From: an uncultured Thermoplasmata archaeon
Lineage (GTDB): Archaea; Thermoplasmatota; Thermoplasmata; Lutacidiplasmatales; UBA184
Reading direction: 5' to 3'
Length of the DNA stretch: 64,000 nucleotides
Assembly (NCBI GenBank): GCA_963797975.1
Contig: CAWCRH010000003.1
Location: forward strand, 3,627-67,626
The position numbers and the translations under genes are program-made. The notes under the pieces were generated by a model. That model saw only the letters and a list, made by a program, of their open reading frames with translations, searched no databases and was not told the origin of the DNA. Positions 30,479 to 40,107 of the stretch are shown one piece after another; within the stretch, counting starts at the first letter, position 1, and each line of letters opens with the position of its first letter.

Positions 30479-32027
30479 CTAACTAGCCGGGGCTCGGTCG
30501 CCCCAGTCCGCGACCCCGGCCACGTGGAAGAGCCGGTCGAGGGCCGCGTGGTATCCTTCGGGCGTGGCGTGCAGCAGCTCGGTCGCGGTGGCCAACAGCG
30601 TCTGGCCGAACTCCTTCTCCGAGTCGGAGAACTGCCAGGCGTGAGGCGCAGCCCGGCCGAGGGCGAGCAGGAGCCCATAGGCGAGCCCACGCTCCTTTCC
30701 CTCGTGCGGTATGCTCTGGACCAACGCGCGCTCCGCCCCGGTAGGGCCGTGGGTCCGGTACGCCCGTGCGATCTGGTCGACGTAGGCGGCCTCGCGCGCG
30801 AGGCGTTGGTAGCGTGGGAGCGCGTCCAGAACCTGGCGCTCCTCGCTGCGGCGCTGAGCGCGCTTCAACAGCTCGGCCACGCGCCCCGGGGCGTGGCGCG
30901 AATCCGCGAGGTAGCGGTCGGACTCCCGAGGGTCCGTGACGATCGAACGCACGATCTCCTCCGCCCGGGTCGCCCAGAGTTTCTCGAGGGCACGGCTCGC
31001 CGAGGGTTCGTCGATCTCGAAGAGTCCGCTCGTGTCCGTGAGGGCCGCTTCGAGCGCGCGCCGCTCCACGATCGATGGGTGGAGGGCATCCAGGAAGGCA
31101 GCCTGGTTCCCTCCGAAGCAGACCCCCCCGGCTGACGTAGGTCGGATGGCGGGTCCCCTCGATGACGGGCCGGACCTCGTCGAGGTACTCCGCCAGGAAC
31201 TGAGCGTCGGAGAGTTTCCCGAGGACGTAGGATCGACGGGACCCCCGGGGAAGGGCTGGGAGGTGTTGATGGACACAATCCTCCCCTCCGCGGCAGGTGA
31301 CGTTCATTTCCGCGCGGACCGGGAACTCTCCCTCCGGGTCGGGCACGGAGGTGTTCTCGGTCACGGAGGCCAGGAGCTGGTGCTCGCTCCGCACGCACTT
31401 CCTGCAGACGCGGAAGACGCGGCCCGCGGCGGGCCAGCCGACCTCGACGAACGGTCGCGGCTCCCCGGCCTTCAGATGCGAGCATTCCCATCGTCCCTGT
31501 GCGCTGTCCTCGACAAGGTGGTAGGGTAGGTCCCCCAGTTTCGACTGGAGGAACACCATAGGCGGAGCCGGGTCGCGGCCCGTGCACCAGAGCTCGTCGG
31601 GCGCCGCGAAGAAGTGGAACCCCTTGCGAGCCCAGTCGAGGTAGCCGAGCAGGAGGCGGCCGGGGTCCTCGAAGTGCTGGACCGCGACCTCGGCCTCGGG
31701 CGTCGCGCGGCCGAACGGGGCGAAGGAGACCGCGCCTCCGGGGAGCGGAAGGGAAAGGAGTCCCGGAAGTTCGGAGTCGAGCTGGAACTTGAGGAGCCCG
31801 GCGTAGGCGCGGACCATGGGATCGCCCCAGCGGCTCATTCGCTCGAGCTTCTTCTCGTCGTCCTTGAACTCGCGGACCTGCTCGAGCTCCTCCTTGAGTC
31901 GGTCGAATCGGTCGGTCGGGCATTCGGCAGTGAGGCGGGGCAGCAGCGGGGTCACCGACTCCCTTAGCTTACGCGCCCTCTCCAAGAGGTCGCGTTCGCG
32001 AACGCTCGAGGCGTGTCGGATCCGCAT
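30479..32027 (-). CDS. Conserved-looking hypothetical protein (about 515 aa). One frame break in a C7/G7 run at 31123-31129.
   Basis: Fragments are about 31130-32027 (in ORF 30483-32027) and 30479 to about 31128 (in ORF 30479-31276). Cys clusters CRKCVRSEH and CRGGEDCVHQH. No family recognised. Confidence 0.5.
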
Positions 32028-32054
32028 GGTCCTGCTGTGTCCGAGCGGTCGGTC

Positions 32055-32636
32055 TTACTTATCGCCGATGGGCCCTGCGCGACACAGGTCCGTGAAGCGT
32101 CGGAAAATCTCGGTCCCGTGCTCGGTGTGCTCGACCTCGGGGTGGAACTGGACCGCCCAGATCGGTCGCGACGGGTGGGCCATCGCCTCGATCGGACACC
32201 CCGGAGAGTGAGCGAGGGTCACCCAGTCCTTCGGGGGGAGCACGATGTGGTCGTTGTGGCTCGCCCAGACGTGAAAGCGAGGGGGGAGTCCGCGGAACAT
32301 CGGGTGGTCCGGTCGGTCCACGGTGAGCTCGACGCGGCCGAACTCGGGGGCTCCGCGTCCGACCTGGCCTCCAAAATGGCGACCCAGGAACTGGTGACCG
32401 ACGCAGATCCCGAACACGGGGATGGTCGCCGTATCGATCCACTCCGCGACCCGACCGAGCGGGGTGTCGGTGCCCTCGAGGCTCAGCGCGCCCCCGGAGA
32501 GGACGACCCCGTCCGCCCGCATGGCCGGTAGCGGCGTGGTGTTCGGGACGATCTCGCTCTCGACGCCCAGGTCGCGAAGGACCCGCCACTCCCGGTGGGT
32601 CCACTGCCCGCCGTTATCGACGACGGCGATCCTCAT
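32055..32636 (-). CDS. guaAA: GMP synthase, glutamine amidotransferase subunit A
   Basis: 193 aa class-I GATase with VFGICVGHQ and VQFHPEV. Stand-alone subunit typical of archaea. Confidence 0.85.
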   Translation of the reverse strand: MRIAVVDNGGQWTHREWRVLRDLGVESEIVPNTTPLPAMRADGVVLSGGALSLEGTDTPLGRVAEWIDTATIPVFGICVGHQFLGRHFGGQVGRGAPEFGRVELTVDRPDHPMFRGLPPRFHVWASHNDHIVLPPKDWVTLAHSPGCPIEAMAHPSRPIWAVQFHPEVEHTEHGTEIFRRFTDLCRAGPIGDK

Positions 32637-33001
32637 CGGGTTCCTCCCTCCTTCCCGCTCTCGGGCGGAGCGCTCGCGGTCGCGGGCTCATGATCCTCCT
32701 TGAGCTCGTCGACGGTCCTCTGGAGATCCTTGAGCTGGTCCCGCATCTTGAGCATCTCGACCTCGAACGGCGTGAAATCCGTGGCGGAGAGCCAGCGTTG
32801 TGCGATGTAGAGCCCGATGAAGATCGCTCCGACGAGAGCGAGGACGGTCGTGAAGGCGAGGACGAAGACGAAGGCGATGGGGTTTCCAACGACCGAGGTG
32901 ATCGGGAGCGTGAAGAGCTGGGTTATCTCGGCGATCTCCACGACCAGCAGGATGAGTACGATCGCGGTCCAGAGGATGAGGAACGGCCGACGGACCTTCA
33001 T
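32633..33001 (-). CDS. Membrane protein with C-terminal coiled-coil tail (122 aa)
   Basis: Two or three TM segments, then ..EVEMLKMRDQLKDLQRTVDELKED... ATGA overlaps at both ends (32633-32636 and 32998-33001). Confidence 0.5.
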   Translation of the reverse strand: MKVRRPFLILWTAIVLILLVVEIAEITQLFTLPITSVVGNPIAFVFVLAFTTVLALVGAIFIGLYIAQRWLSATDFTPFEVEMLKMRDQLKDLQRTVDELKEDHEPATASAPPESGKEGGTR

Positions 33002-33573
33002 GGCGGTGGCCCTCCGCTGCCCTGGTAGGCGAGCGCGACGGCGAGCGGTAGGGTGTGACTGCCCGTCGTGGTCGAGATGGGGCCGGTCGGGACCGCCATG
33101 CCACCGGTGAGAGGCGTCAGCGTCAGTGTGACTTGCTCGAAGTTGTAGTAGCATGCAAGGATCCCATAGTACCAGACGCCCGGGCCGGACGACGGTATGT
33201 AGTAGACCGAGACGTTCACGGCCACGCTCTCTTGGGCGGTCGAAACGGAGAGGGAGGTTTCGTTGGTCGCGTTCTCCCAGCTCGTCCATCGGATCATGTT
33301 GCCCGGGGTGTTGGGCGCGTAGTCCTGGTTGAGCCCGATCCGGATCTCGGCGTAGCGGACCACGCCGACCGCGCGAACGTCGAAGTAGGTCGTGAAAGAG
33401 TTCGGGGGGTGGTCGACCACGAGGTCCGCCTGGGCGAGCAAGCCTCCCGCCCCTCCGCCGGGCGAGACGAGGACGGGGGTGAGCAGGATCAGGAGCGCAA
33501 GGATGACCGCCACGCCGACGAGGGGGATCGGAAAGCGGGTCGATGGCACAGGAGCCGGGGGCTCAAGGCCCAT
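32998..33573 (-). CDS. N-terminally anchored extracellular beta-rich protein (191 aa)
   Basis: TM segment PIPLVGVAVILALLILLTPVLV followed by N-x-S/T sequons. Its start overlaps the ubiX stop (TGATG at 33571-33575). Confidence 0.5.
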   Translation of the reverse strand: MGLEPPAPVPSTRFPIPLVGVAVILALLILLTPVLVSPGGGAGGLLAQADLVVDHPPNSFTTYFDVRAVGVVRYAEIRIGLNQDYAPNTPGNMIRWTSWENATNETSLSVSTAQESVAVNVSVYYIPSSGPGVWYYGILACYYNFEQVTLTLTPLTGGMAVPTGPISTTTGSHTLPLAVALAYQGSGGPPP

Positions 33574-34148
33574 CAGCGTTCTCCCTGCTTCCAGCCGCGG
33601 TAGAGGCGGTGAGGGACCGCGAACTGGTCGAGGATCTTGCCCGCGAGGTAGTCGGTCGCCTGGCGGACCTCCGTGAACCCAAGGTAGTAGGGAGGTGACG
33701 CGTCCAGGACCACCACGCCGAGCTCACTGAGCCGGGCCAGGTGGCCGAGCTGCAAGGTGGGCAGCGGGGTCTCTCTCGGTACGATGACGAGCTTGCGACG
33801 CTCTTTGAGATGGACGTGGGCGGCGCGGACGACCAGCGTGTCCCCCAGGCCGAGAGCGATCTTGGCGGTCGTGTTGGACGAGCACGGAACGACGACCATC
33901 CCTCGCGTCGCCACCGAGCCGCTCGCGATCGGTGCTGCGAGATCATCCTCCGCGTAGATCGTCCCCGCCCAGCGTGCGAGGTCGTTAAGCGTCAATCCCG
34001 CCTCCTCCCGAAGCACGGCAACCCCTCCCCGCGTCACCGCGACGTGGGCCGGAACCTTGGCCTCGTGAAGGGCGCGTAGAGCCGCGATCGCAATCGGAGC
34101 GCCGCTCGCCCCAGTGATGCCGACGACCAGGGGAGGTTCCTCGGACAT
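33573..34148 (-). CDS. ubiX: Flavin prenyltransferase UbiX
   Basis: Blocks LVVGITGASGAPIA, VVPCSSNTTAKIA and RRKLVIVPRETP. The start was set at MSEEPP (ATG at 34146-34148) within ORF 33573-34517. Confidence 0.8.
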   Translation of the reverse strand: MSEEPPLVVGITGASGAPIAIAALRALHEAKVPAHVAVTRGGVAVLREEAGLTLNDLARWAGTIYAEDDLAAPIASGSVATRGMVVVPCSSNTTAKIALGLGDTLVVRAAHVHLKERRKLVIVPRETPLPTLQLGHLARLSELGVVVLDASPPYYLGFTEVRQATDYLAGKILDQFAVPHRLYRGWKQGER

Positions 34149-34225
34149 GCTCCTTCCGGCAGCCGACTTCGACCTTATAGGCATGCTCTGTTGGCTCGCG
34201 ACGGTATCTTCAAAGGGGAGAAGGG

Positions 34226-35389
34226 ATGGCGGGCGCGGCAGCGATCGTCGGAGCCGGACACACCCGGTTCGGTACTCTGGACTCTGGACCGAAGGAGCTG
34301 ATGCGCTCGGCCGTTGACCAAGCGCTGAGGAGTGTCGACCGGGGCGCCGACAGCGCTTCGATCTCCGAGGGGTTTCTGGCCACGCTGGGGTTCGGAGGTT
34401 GGCAGATCGGGAACTCCTCCGCCCTCCTGGCGGAGGCGGCGGGGCGCCCGGACCTTCCCGTGACCCGGGTAGAGAACGCGTGTGCCTCCGGGGGCTTTGC
34501 GATCCGGGCGGCCGCACGGACGGCAGCGCAGAGCTCAGGCGGTCTCACCCTGGTGGTCGGCCTCGAGAAGATGACGGACATTCCGAACGCGCGACGGCGC
34601 TACTGGCTGGGGGTCTCGGGGGATACCGAGTGGGAACGGTCGGCCGGCCTGACGTTCGCCGGCGTCTACGGTCTCCTCGCCTCACGATACGCATTGGACC
34701 ACCCTCGAACGCGGGAGGCGATGACCGCGGTCGCGGTCAAGAACCACGCCAACGGGGCGCTCAATCCGAACGCCCACTTCCAGAAGGTCGTCCGCGCGGA
34801 GGATGTCGACCACGCGGCGACGGTGGCCGAGCCTCTGCGTCTGTTCGACTGCTGCCCGGTCTCCGATGGAGCGGCGGCGTTGCTCATCGCCCCGGCCTCC
34901 GAGGCGAAACGGTGGACCGACACGCCGGTGATGCTGAGCGCCCTCGGGGCAGCCTCCGACTCTCTGGCCGTGCAGGAGCGTCCGCAGCTGACCGAGTTCG
35001 GGGCGACGCGCAAGGCGGCCGCCGAAGCGTTCTCCGACGCGGACTTCGACCGACGATCGGTCGGCCTCCTCGAGGTCCACGATTGCTTCACCATCGCGGA
35101 GCTGCTGGCGTTGGAGGACCTCGGGTTCGCGGGAGCCGAGGGGGCGTTCGCTCTCACTGTGAGCGGCGCCACGGCGCGCACGGGGTCCCTTCCCGTGAAC
35201 CCCGATGGCGGCCTGAAGGCGAAGGGCCACCCGATCGGCGCGACGGGGGTCAGCCAGGGCTACGAGGTCTTCCTGCAGCTCAGAGCCCAAGCCGGGCGTC
35301 GTCAGGTTCCCGGGGTGGAGCGCGCTCTCGCCCACAACGTAGGCGGCGCGGGCGCGACCGCGACGGTCACGCTGTTCGCGAGGGGGTGA
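34226..35389 (+). CDS. Archaeal-type acetyl-CoA acetyltransferase (SCP-x-like thiolase)
   Basis: Blocks VENACASGG, HDCFTIAELLALEDLGF and KGHPIGATGV. GGGGAG lies upstream of the ATG. Confidence 0.8.
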   Translation: MAGAAAIVGAGHTRFGTLDSGPKELMRSAVDQALRSVDRGADSASISEGFLATLGFGGWQIGNSSALLAEAAGRPDLPVTRVENACASGGFAIRAAARTAAQSSGGLTLVVGLEKMTDIPNARRRYWLGVSGDTEWERSAGLTFAGVYGLLASRYALDHPRTREAMTAVAVKNHANGALNPNAHFQKVVRAEDVDHAATVAEPLRLFDCCPVSDGAAALLIAPASEAKRWTDTPVMLSALGAASDSLAVQERPQLTEFGATRKAAAEAFSDADFDRRSVGLLEVHDCFTIAELLALEDLGFAGAEGAFALTVSGATARTGSLPVNPDGGLKAKGHPIGATGVSQGYEVFLQLRAQAGRRQVPGVERALAHNVGGAGATATVTLFARG

Positions 35390-35393
35390 GCAA

Positions 35394-36479
35394 TTGGTCG
35401 CGGTCACTCGCGTGGGGAGCGCACGTTCCCGATGGGCGTGCGACGGTAGGCCTTCCCTCGGGCCGGACGAAGACGCCTTCACACTCGCCGCGGCAGCCAC
35501 CGAGGCGGCCCTGGAAGGAGCGGACCCGCGTCCCGATCCCCTGTCGATCGACCTGGTCGGACCCCTCCCGGCGCTCGCCGATTGGGCGTTCCCTCTTCTC
35601 ATCGGCGTCTCGACTCCCCCCTTCCGCAGCACGTCGGTCGGCGCGGCGATCTCCCGCCACCATGCCCTCGCCCACGGTGCCGGCGCCCTGGTAGTCGAGG
35701 TGCAGGGGACCGAAAAGGAGGGGCCGGTCGAGGGTCCGTCCGCCCTCGCCTTTGTCCTTGAAGATGCGGCGGGGTGGGACCTTGCCCCGTCGACCCGCAG
35801 GCTGCCTGACGCCTCTCCCGCAACCCTCGACCAGCTCGAGGCCCTCCGCGATGCGGGGGGTTCTCCGGTTGGGGTGATCGGCGCAGCGTCGGGTCCCCGA
35901 TATGAGGTGAAAAGGACCCAGCAAATCCCATGGCTAGCCTGTAACGCGTCCGGGGACGCCGCGGCGACCCTGCCCATCGACCGACGCGCCCTCGCCCTCC
36001 TATCCAACATGCCCCTCGAGCCGGGTATCGGAGGGGGCGTACATCCCTCGCCCCCGCTACTTGGAAAGCATTCCTTCCCGGTGGCGGTTCCTGGCCGAAC
36101 GATGCGCGGGCTGCGGGGCGCGAAGCTTCCCTGCCCGTGGCGGCTGCCCTGAGTGCGGACGCCGCGACACCCTTTCCTTAGAGCCGCTACCGTTGGACGG
36201 GGGCCAGATCGTGGCATTGACCACTATCGGAAGGGGAGGACAACCTACCGAGTTCGACCCACTGGTTGAGGCCACCGGCTCCTACCCGGTGGCTATCGTG
36301 GAACTGGCTCCCGGCTGTCGGGCGACCCTCCAGGTCTCGGATGCCCCCCGGGCGCGCTGAAGATCGGTGACCGGGTCTCGACCCGCCTGAGGCGCCTCTA
36401 CCCGATGGAAGGGGAGTGGCGGTACGGCCGCAAGGCGGTTCCCTTCGCGGGAGCGCCGGTTCGGTCGCCGGGCATCTAG
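35394..36479 (+). CDS. HMG-CoA-synthase-like N-terminal half (no obvious catalytic Cys) running into a DUF35 Zn-ribbon/OB-fold module. Two frame breaks (about 36038 and 36344-36352).
   Basis: Fragments are 35394 to about 36038 (frame 0), about 36040-36350 (frame 1, in ORF 36061-36360) and about 36352-36479 (frame 0). Features are PDEDAFTLAAAATEAAL, Zn ribbon CAGCG..CPECG, and the OB-like tail ..YPVAIVELAPG..LKIGDRVSTRL... Confidence 0.5.
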
Positions 36480-36691
36480 GCGAACCCTGAGCGGTCGGGG
36501 TTCGAGGTGGACCCCTTCTTGGAGTAGGGCTCAGAAGCGATCCCCATTTGGGTAGCGAGCGACTGGAAGGTCTGAACGAGTTGCGCGACCGCTCGCGCGA
36601 GCTCCTTCTGCTCGTTCCTTAGTTCGGTCAGTTCCTGCCGGAGCGCGTGTATCTCGGCTTCCCAGCGGGCCGGTTCGGAGCGCTCGGCCAT
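36476..36691 (-). CDS. Small coiled-coil protein (71 aa)
   Basis: The stretch EAEIHALRQELTELRNEQKELARAVAQLVQTF is heptad-like. No family recognised. Confidence 0.35.
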   Translation of the reverse strand: MAERSEPARWEAEIHALRQELTELRNEQKELARAVAQLVQTFQSLATQMGIASEPYSKKGSTSNPDRSGFA

Positions 36692-36763
36692 GGCTCTACC
36701 TTAGTCGGCCCAGAGCGGACGGGTACATAGCGGGGTCGAATTCCGAGGCCACGGGCTCGTCCG

Positions 36764-37333
36764 CTATCGGGTCGAGCCAGGGCCGAAGGGGGATTCGGAC
36801 CGACCCTTCTCTTCGAAGGCCACCCAGTCCTTCTCGGTCGGCGAGTAGTCAACCCGCTCCAGCTCGACGATGAACTCTTTGAGGAGGTCGGACGGGCCTG
36901 GGCGCACGGTGAATCGGTAAACGTAGATGCCGAAGCCCATGAAATCGGTGATCCGGCGCAACACCTCCACTAGGTCCTCACGGGGGACAGTGACCCGAAT
37001 CGAGGTCTCGCCCAGAGTCTGGGAGAATTCGTCCACGTCGAAGGGCCGCTCGAGCGCGATGAGCGTTGGCCGGGGAGGGGGAGATGCGTCTGGTGCGGGC
37101 CTTGCGGCTGGAGGGGTAGCTGGGGTTGGGCTCTGCGGGGGAGCCGGGGTCGAGATGGACACCGGGCTGCGCGATGCGATCCCCGGGTCCTTCGGGGGAT
37201 AGTGATCCAACACGGGGGAAGGCTCCCTACCAACGAACCGTGGCTTAGAGGGGGAGCGAGAGGTAGTGGGGCGGCCCCGTGACGGAGTCGCTCGTTTCCG
37301 CGCGGACTTCGCACCGCGACGCTTGCTCGCCAT
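36764..37333 (-). CDS. Hypothetical protein with basic/Pro-rich disordered N-terminus and about 100-aa folded C-terminal domain
   Basis: 189 aa. The C-terminal ..IRVTVPREDLVEVLRRITDFMGFGIYVYRFTVRP.. looks globular. Confidence 0.4.
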   Translation of the reverse strand: MASKRRGAKSARKRATPSRGRPTTSRSPSKPRFVGREPSPVLDHYPPKDPGIASRSPVSISTPAPPQSPTPATPPAARPAPDASPPPRPTLIALERPFDVDEFSQTLGETSIRVTVPREDLVEVLRRITDFMGFGIYVYRFTVRPGPSDLLKEFIVELERVDYSPTEKDWVAFEEKGRSESPFGPGSTR

Positions 37334-37561
37334 CGGCCCAGAGAGCAGGCCGGGAAGCGCTTAGTATTAGCGGCGACTTGGCTTGCCTCGGCCCCGGGGC
37401 TCGTAACAAGCCCTGCTGTAGCGAGGCGAGCCATGACAATGACCGTCACGGCTACCTCGATTTGTAGCACCTTGGACGACAACGAGATTATGTAGGCATG
37501 GGTTGGTGGTTCACCTAGGCCGAAGGTCGACCGACGGCCGAAACAAGAGAGGTAAACGAGA

Positions 37562-39274
37562 ATGCCGGCACGTGTGATGAAGGAGTTCCAGGCCCCGCGC
37601 GGTCTCCCGCGGAAGACGGCCTCCGTCTGCCCCGAGTGCATCAAGGTCATCCCGGCGGTCGTCCGCGAAAAGGACGGCCGGGTCATCATGGAGAAGACGT
37701 GCCGCACCCACGGTTACTTCTGGGACATCATCAGCAACGACGTCGACTTCTACCTCCGGATGGAGGTCTACGCTCACGATGGGGTCGGCTACGAGAACCC
37801 CTACTATGACAAGTTCAAGGGTTGCCCGACGACCTGCGGCATGTGCAGCCACCACAAGTCCCACACGGGACTCGCCCTGATGGACCTTACGAACCGCTGC
37901 AACCTGAAGTGCCCGGTCTGCTTCGCGAACGCCAACGCGGCAGGGTACGTCTACGAGCCGACCCGCGAGCAGATCCACTTCATGCTGAAGACGCTGCGGG
38001 AGCAGAAGCCCGTCGGCGCGGTCGCGGTCCAGTTCTCCGGTGGGGAGCCGACGCTCAGCCCGCTCTTCCTGGACGCGGTCAGCATGGCCCGCGATGCGGG
38101 CTTCAAGCAGATCCAGGTCGCGACCAACGGTATCCGCTTCGCAAACGAGCCCGGGTTCGCCCAGGCGTCGCGGGAGGCGGGACTGCACACCCTCTACCTT
38201 CAGTTCGACGGTCTGGACGACGAGATCTACCGCAAGGTGCGGGGGGTCCCGCTCCTGAAGGTCAAGCAGAGGGCGATACAGGCGGCCCGCGAGGCCCACA
38301 CGAGCCCTGCCGAGCTAGCCCAGGGTAAGCCCGACAAGCCGATCAGCGTGGTGCTCGTCCCGACCTTGGTGGGCGGGTTCAACGAGAAGGAGATCTGGCC
38401 GACCGTGAAGTTCGCGATCGACAACCTGGACGTCGTCCGGGGCGTGAACTTCCAGCCCGTGGCGCTCACGGCCCGTATCCCGGACAAGGACCGCTTCCAG
38501 ATGCGCTTCACGCAGTCGGACCTCGTGCGCATCCTGTGCACGGACGGCCCGTTCGAGAAGTCGGACTTCTTCCCCGTTCCGTCGGTGGCCCCGATCTCGG
38601 AGCTCGTCTCGATCATCCACGGTGAGGAAAAGATGACGCTCACGACGCACCCGGGCTGCGGCTGCGCCACGTTCGCGTTCATCTCCCAGGACGGGCAGAA
38701 GATCACGCCGCTGCCTCGGTTCATGGACGTGGACGGCTTCTTCGAGAGCGTCGAGAGCATGATCGACAAGTACCGCGATGCCCGCTTTGCGCGCGTACGC
38801 ACGGCGGTCGCCGGGGCGCGCCTGCTCCACGATGTGGCGAAGTTCTTCGACTTCGACAAGGCCCCCGAGGGGTTGGACGAGAAGAACTGCGTGAAGGTCA
38901 TCGCCTCGATCTTCACGGAAGGCAACAAGGAGGCCGTCGCGAAGTTCACGTGGCGCACGCTCTACATCGGGAACATGCACTTCCAGGACGCCTACGACTA
39001 CGATATCCAGCGCCTGATGCGCTGCGATATCCACTACTCGGTCCCGGATGGGCGGGTCATCCCGTTCTGCTCGTACAACTCGGGCCCGATCTACCGGACG
39101 GAGGTCGAGCAGAAGTTCTCGATCCCGATCCCCGACTGGCAGAAGGCCAAGGCCCAGGCGGGAATCCAGCTGAAGACGATCGAGACGATGGGCGTCAACG
39201 GCGAGGTCATCGTCGACCCCGAGTACTACAAGATCCGGGCCCTGAAGCAGGCCCCGGGGATGTCAACGGTCTAA
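37562..39274 (+). CDS. tes: Radical SAM enzyme of the MJ0619/Tes family (tetraether lipid synthase, GDGT/MAS-type)
   Basis: 570 aa. N-terminal CPEC ribbon, CGMCSHHKSHT, radical-SAM CNLKCPVCFA, FSGGEPTL, and C-terminal HFQDAYDYDIQRLMRCDIHY..VIPFCSYN. This architecture matches what I recall of MJ0619/Tes. Confidence 0.65.
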   Translation: MPARVMKEFQAPRGLPRKTASVCPECIKVIPAVVREKDGRVIMEKTCRTHGYFWDIISNDVDFYLRMEVYAHDGVGYENPYYDKFKGCPTTCGMCSHHKSHTGLALMDLTNRCNLKCPVCFANANAAGYVYEPTREQIHFMLKTLREQKPVGAVAVQFSGGEPTLSPLFLDAVSMARDAGFKQIQVATNGIRFANEPGFAQASREAGLHTLYLQFDGLDDEIYRKVRGVPLLKVKQRAIQAAREAHTSPAELAQGKPDKPISVVLVPTLVGGFNEKEIWPTVKFAIDNLDVVRGVNFQPVALTARIPDKDRFQMRFTQSDLVRILCTDGPFEKSDFFPVPSVAPISELVSIIHGEEKMTLTTHPGCGCATFAFISQDGQKITPLPRFMDVDGFFESVESMIDKYRDARFARVRTAVAGARLLHDVAKFFDFDKAPEGLDEKNCVKVIASIFTEGNKEAVAKFTWRTLYIGNMHFQDAYDYDIQRLMRCDIHYSVPDGRVIPFCSYNSGPIYRTEVEQKFSIPIPDWQKAKAQAGIQLKTIETMGVNGEVIVDPEYYKIRALKQAPGMSTV

Positions 39275-39783
39275 GCCTTCGGTCCGCGTCGCGCTCGGTG
39301 GCCAACCCCTTCCTTCTCTTCCTTTTCGGTCGGTCGCTTCTCGGTAAGGACCATCCCCGCCCAGGTCATCCTTCGGGCGGGAGACGCATCGGCCGGGACG
39401 GAGCGGATCCTCTGGTCGATCTCCTCCCACGCCGGCGCGGGCTCTTCGAGCTCGGGCTCGGGGTCGGCGACCTCGTTGGGGTGGGCCGCCATCCAGCGGA
39501 ACGCGGCCTCCACGTGCTTACAGGTCCCAAGCCCACTACGGGAGAAGTCCGCGCACGTGCACATCGCCGCGTCCCGGCTCGGATAGGTCGGTAGCAGGAC
39601 CCGGTAATGCGTAGCGTGGATCGGGTTCCTGACCTCGAGCCGGACGAACCAGCCCGGCAGGCGGCGCACGTCCAGCGGCTCCTCCAGGGCTCGGGCACGC
39701 CGCTCGGCGATTTCCTCGCCCCGTCCTGACTTCTCGCCCGTCCGAGGCGGGGAGGGAGGACGACGTTCTCGGTTTCTGGTCAT
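39271..39783 (-). CDS. SWIM zinc-finger protein
   Basis: CTCADFSRSGLGTCKH fits the C-x-C-x(n)-C-x-H pattern. The start was set at MTRNRERR (ATG at 39781-39783). Confidence 0.6.
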   Translation of the reverse strand: MTRNRERRPPSPPRTGEKSGRGEEIAERRARALEEPLDVRRLPGWFVRLEVRNPIHATHYRVLLPTYPSRDAAMCTCADFSRSGLGTCKHVEAAFRWMAAHPNEVADPEPELEEPAPAWEEIDQRIRSVPADASPARRMTWAGMVLTEKRPTEKEEKEGVGHRARRGPKA

Positions 39784-39851
39784 CGAATAGGACCGTAAGC
39801 TGCCCATGGACAGCCCAACCGTTATTTGGGGAATCCGGGCTCCGCCCCGCG

Positions 39852-40079
39852 ATGAGCGAACCGCCCTCCGCCACGGGTGGGCCCCCACGGCGCCGCGGCC
39901 TCACCCGCACTCAGCGCATCGGCCTCGGCCTTCTGCTCAGCTTCGTCGGTCTGTTCCTCCTGGCCATCCTCCTCCCTACGGACCCGAGCCAGTTCGCGCG
40001 GGTGCTCCCCGTCGCAGCGGTCGGCCTGATCGCCCTGTGGCTGGGAGGAGTCCTGATGGGTCGTGCCCGGGTCCCATGA
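39852..40079 (+). CDS. Small two-TM membrane protein (75 aa)
   Basis: Hydrophobic segments IGLGLLLSFVGLFLLAILL and VLPVAAVGLIALWLGGVLM. Confidence 0.45.
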   Translation: MSEPPSATGGPPRRRGLTRTQRIGLGLLLSFVGLFLLAILLPTDPSQFARVLPVAAVGLIALWLGGVLMGRARVP

Positions 40080-40107
40080 GGTCAGCGTGAGCGCCGGCCC
40101 CTGGGCG

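Noticed and set aside
35394-36152. Calling ORF 35394-36152 a complete HMG-CoA synthase.
   Set aside because: It is only about 215 aa of plausible sequence. I cannot find the catalytic Cys context. The ORF tail is out of frame with the DUF35 zinc ribbon that follows.
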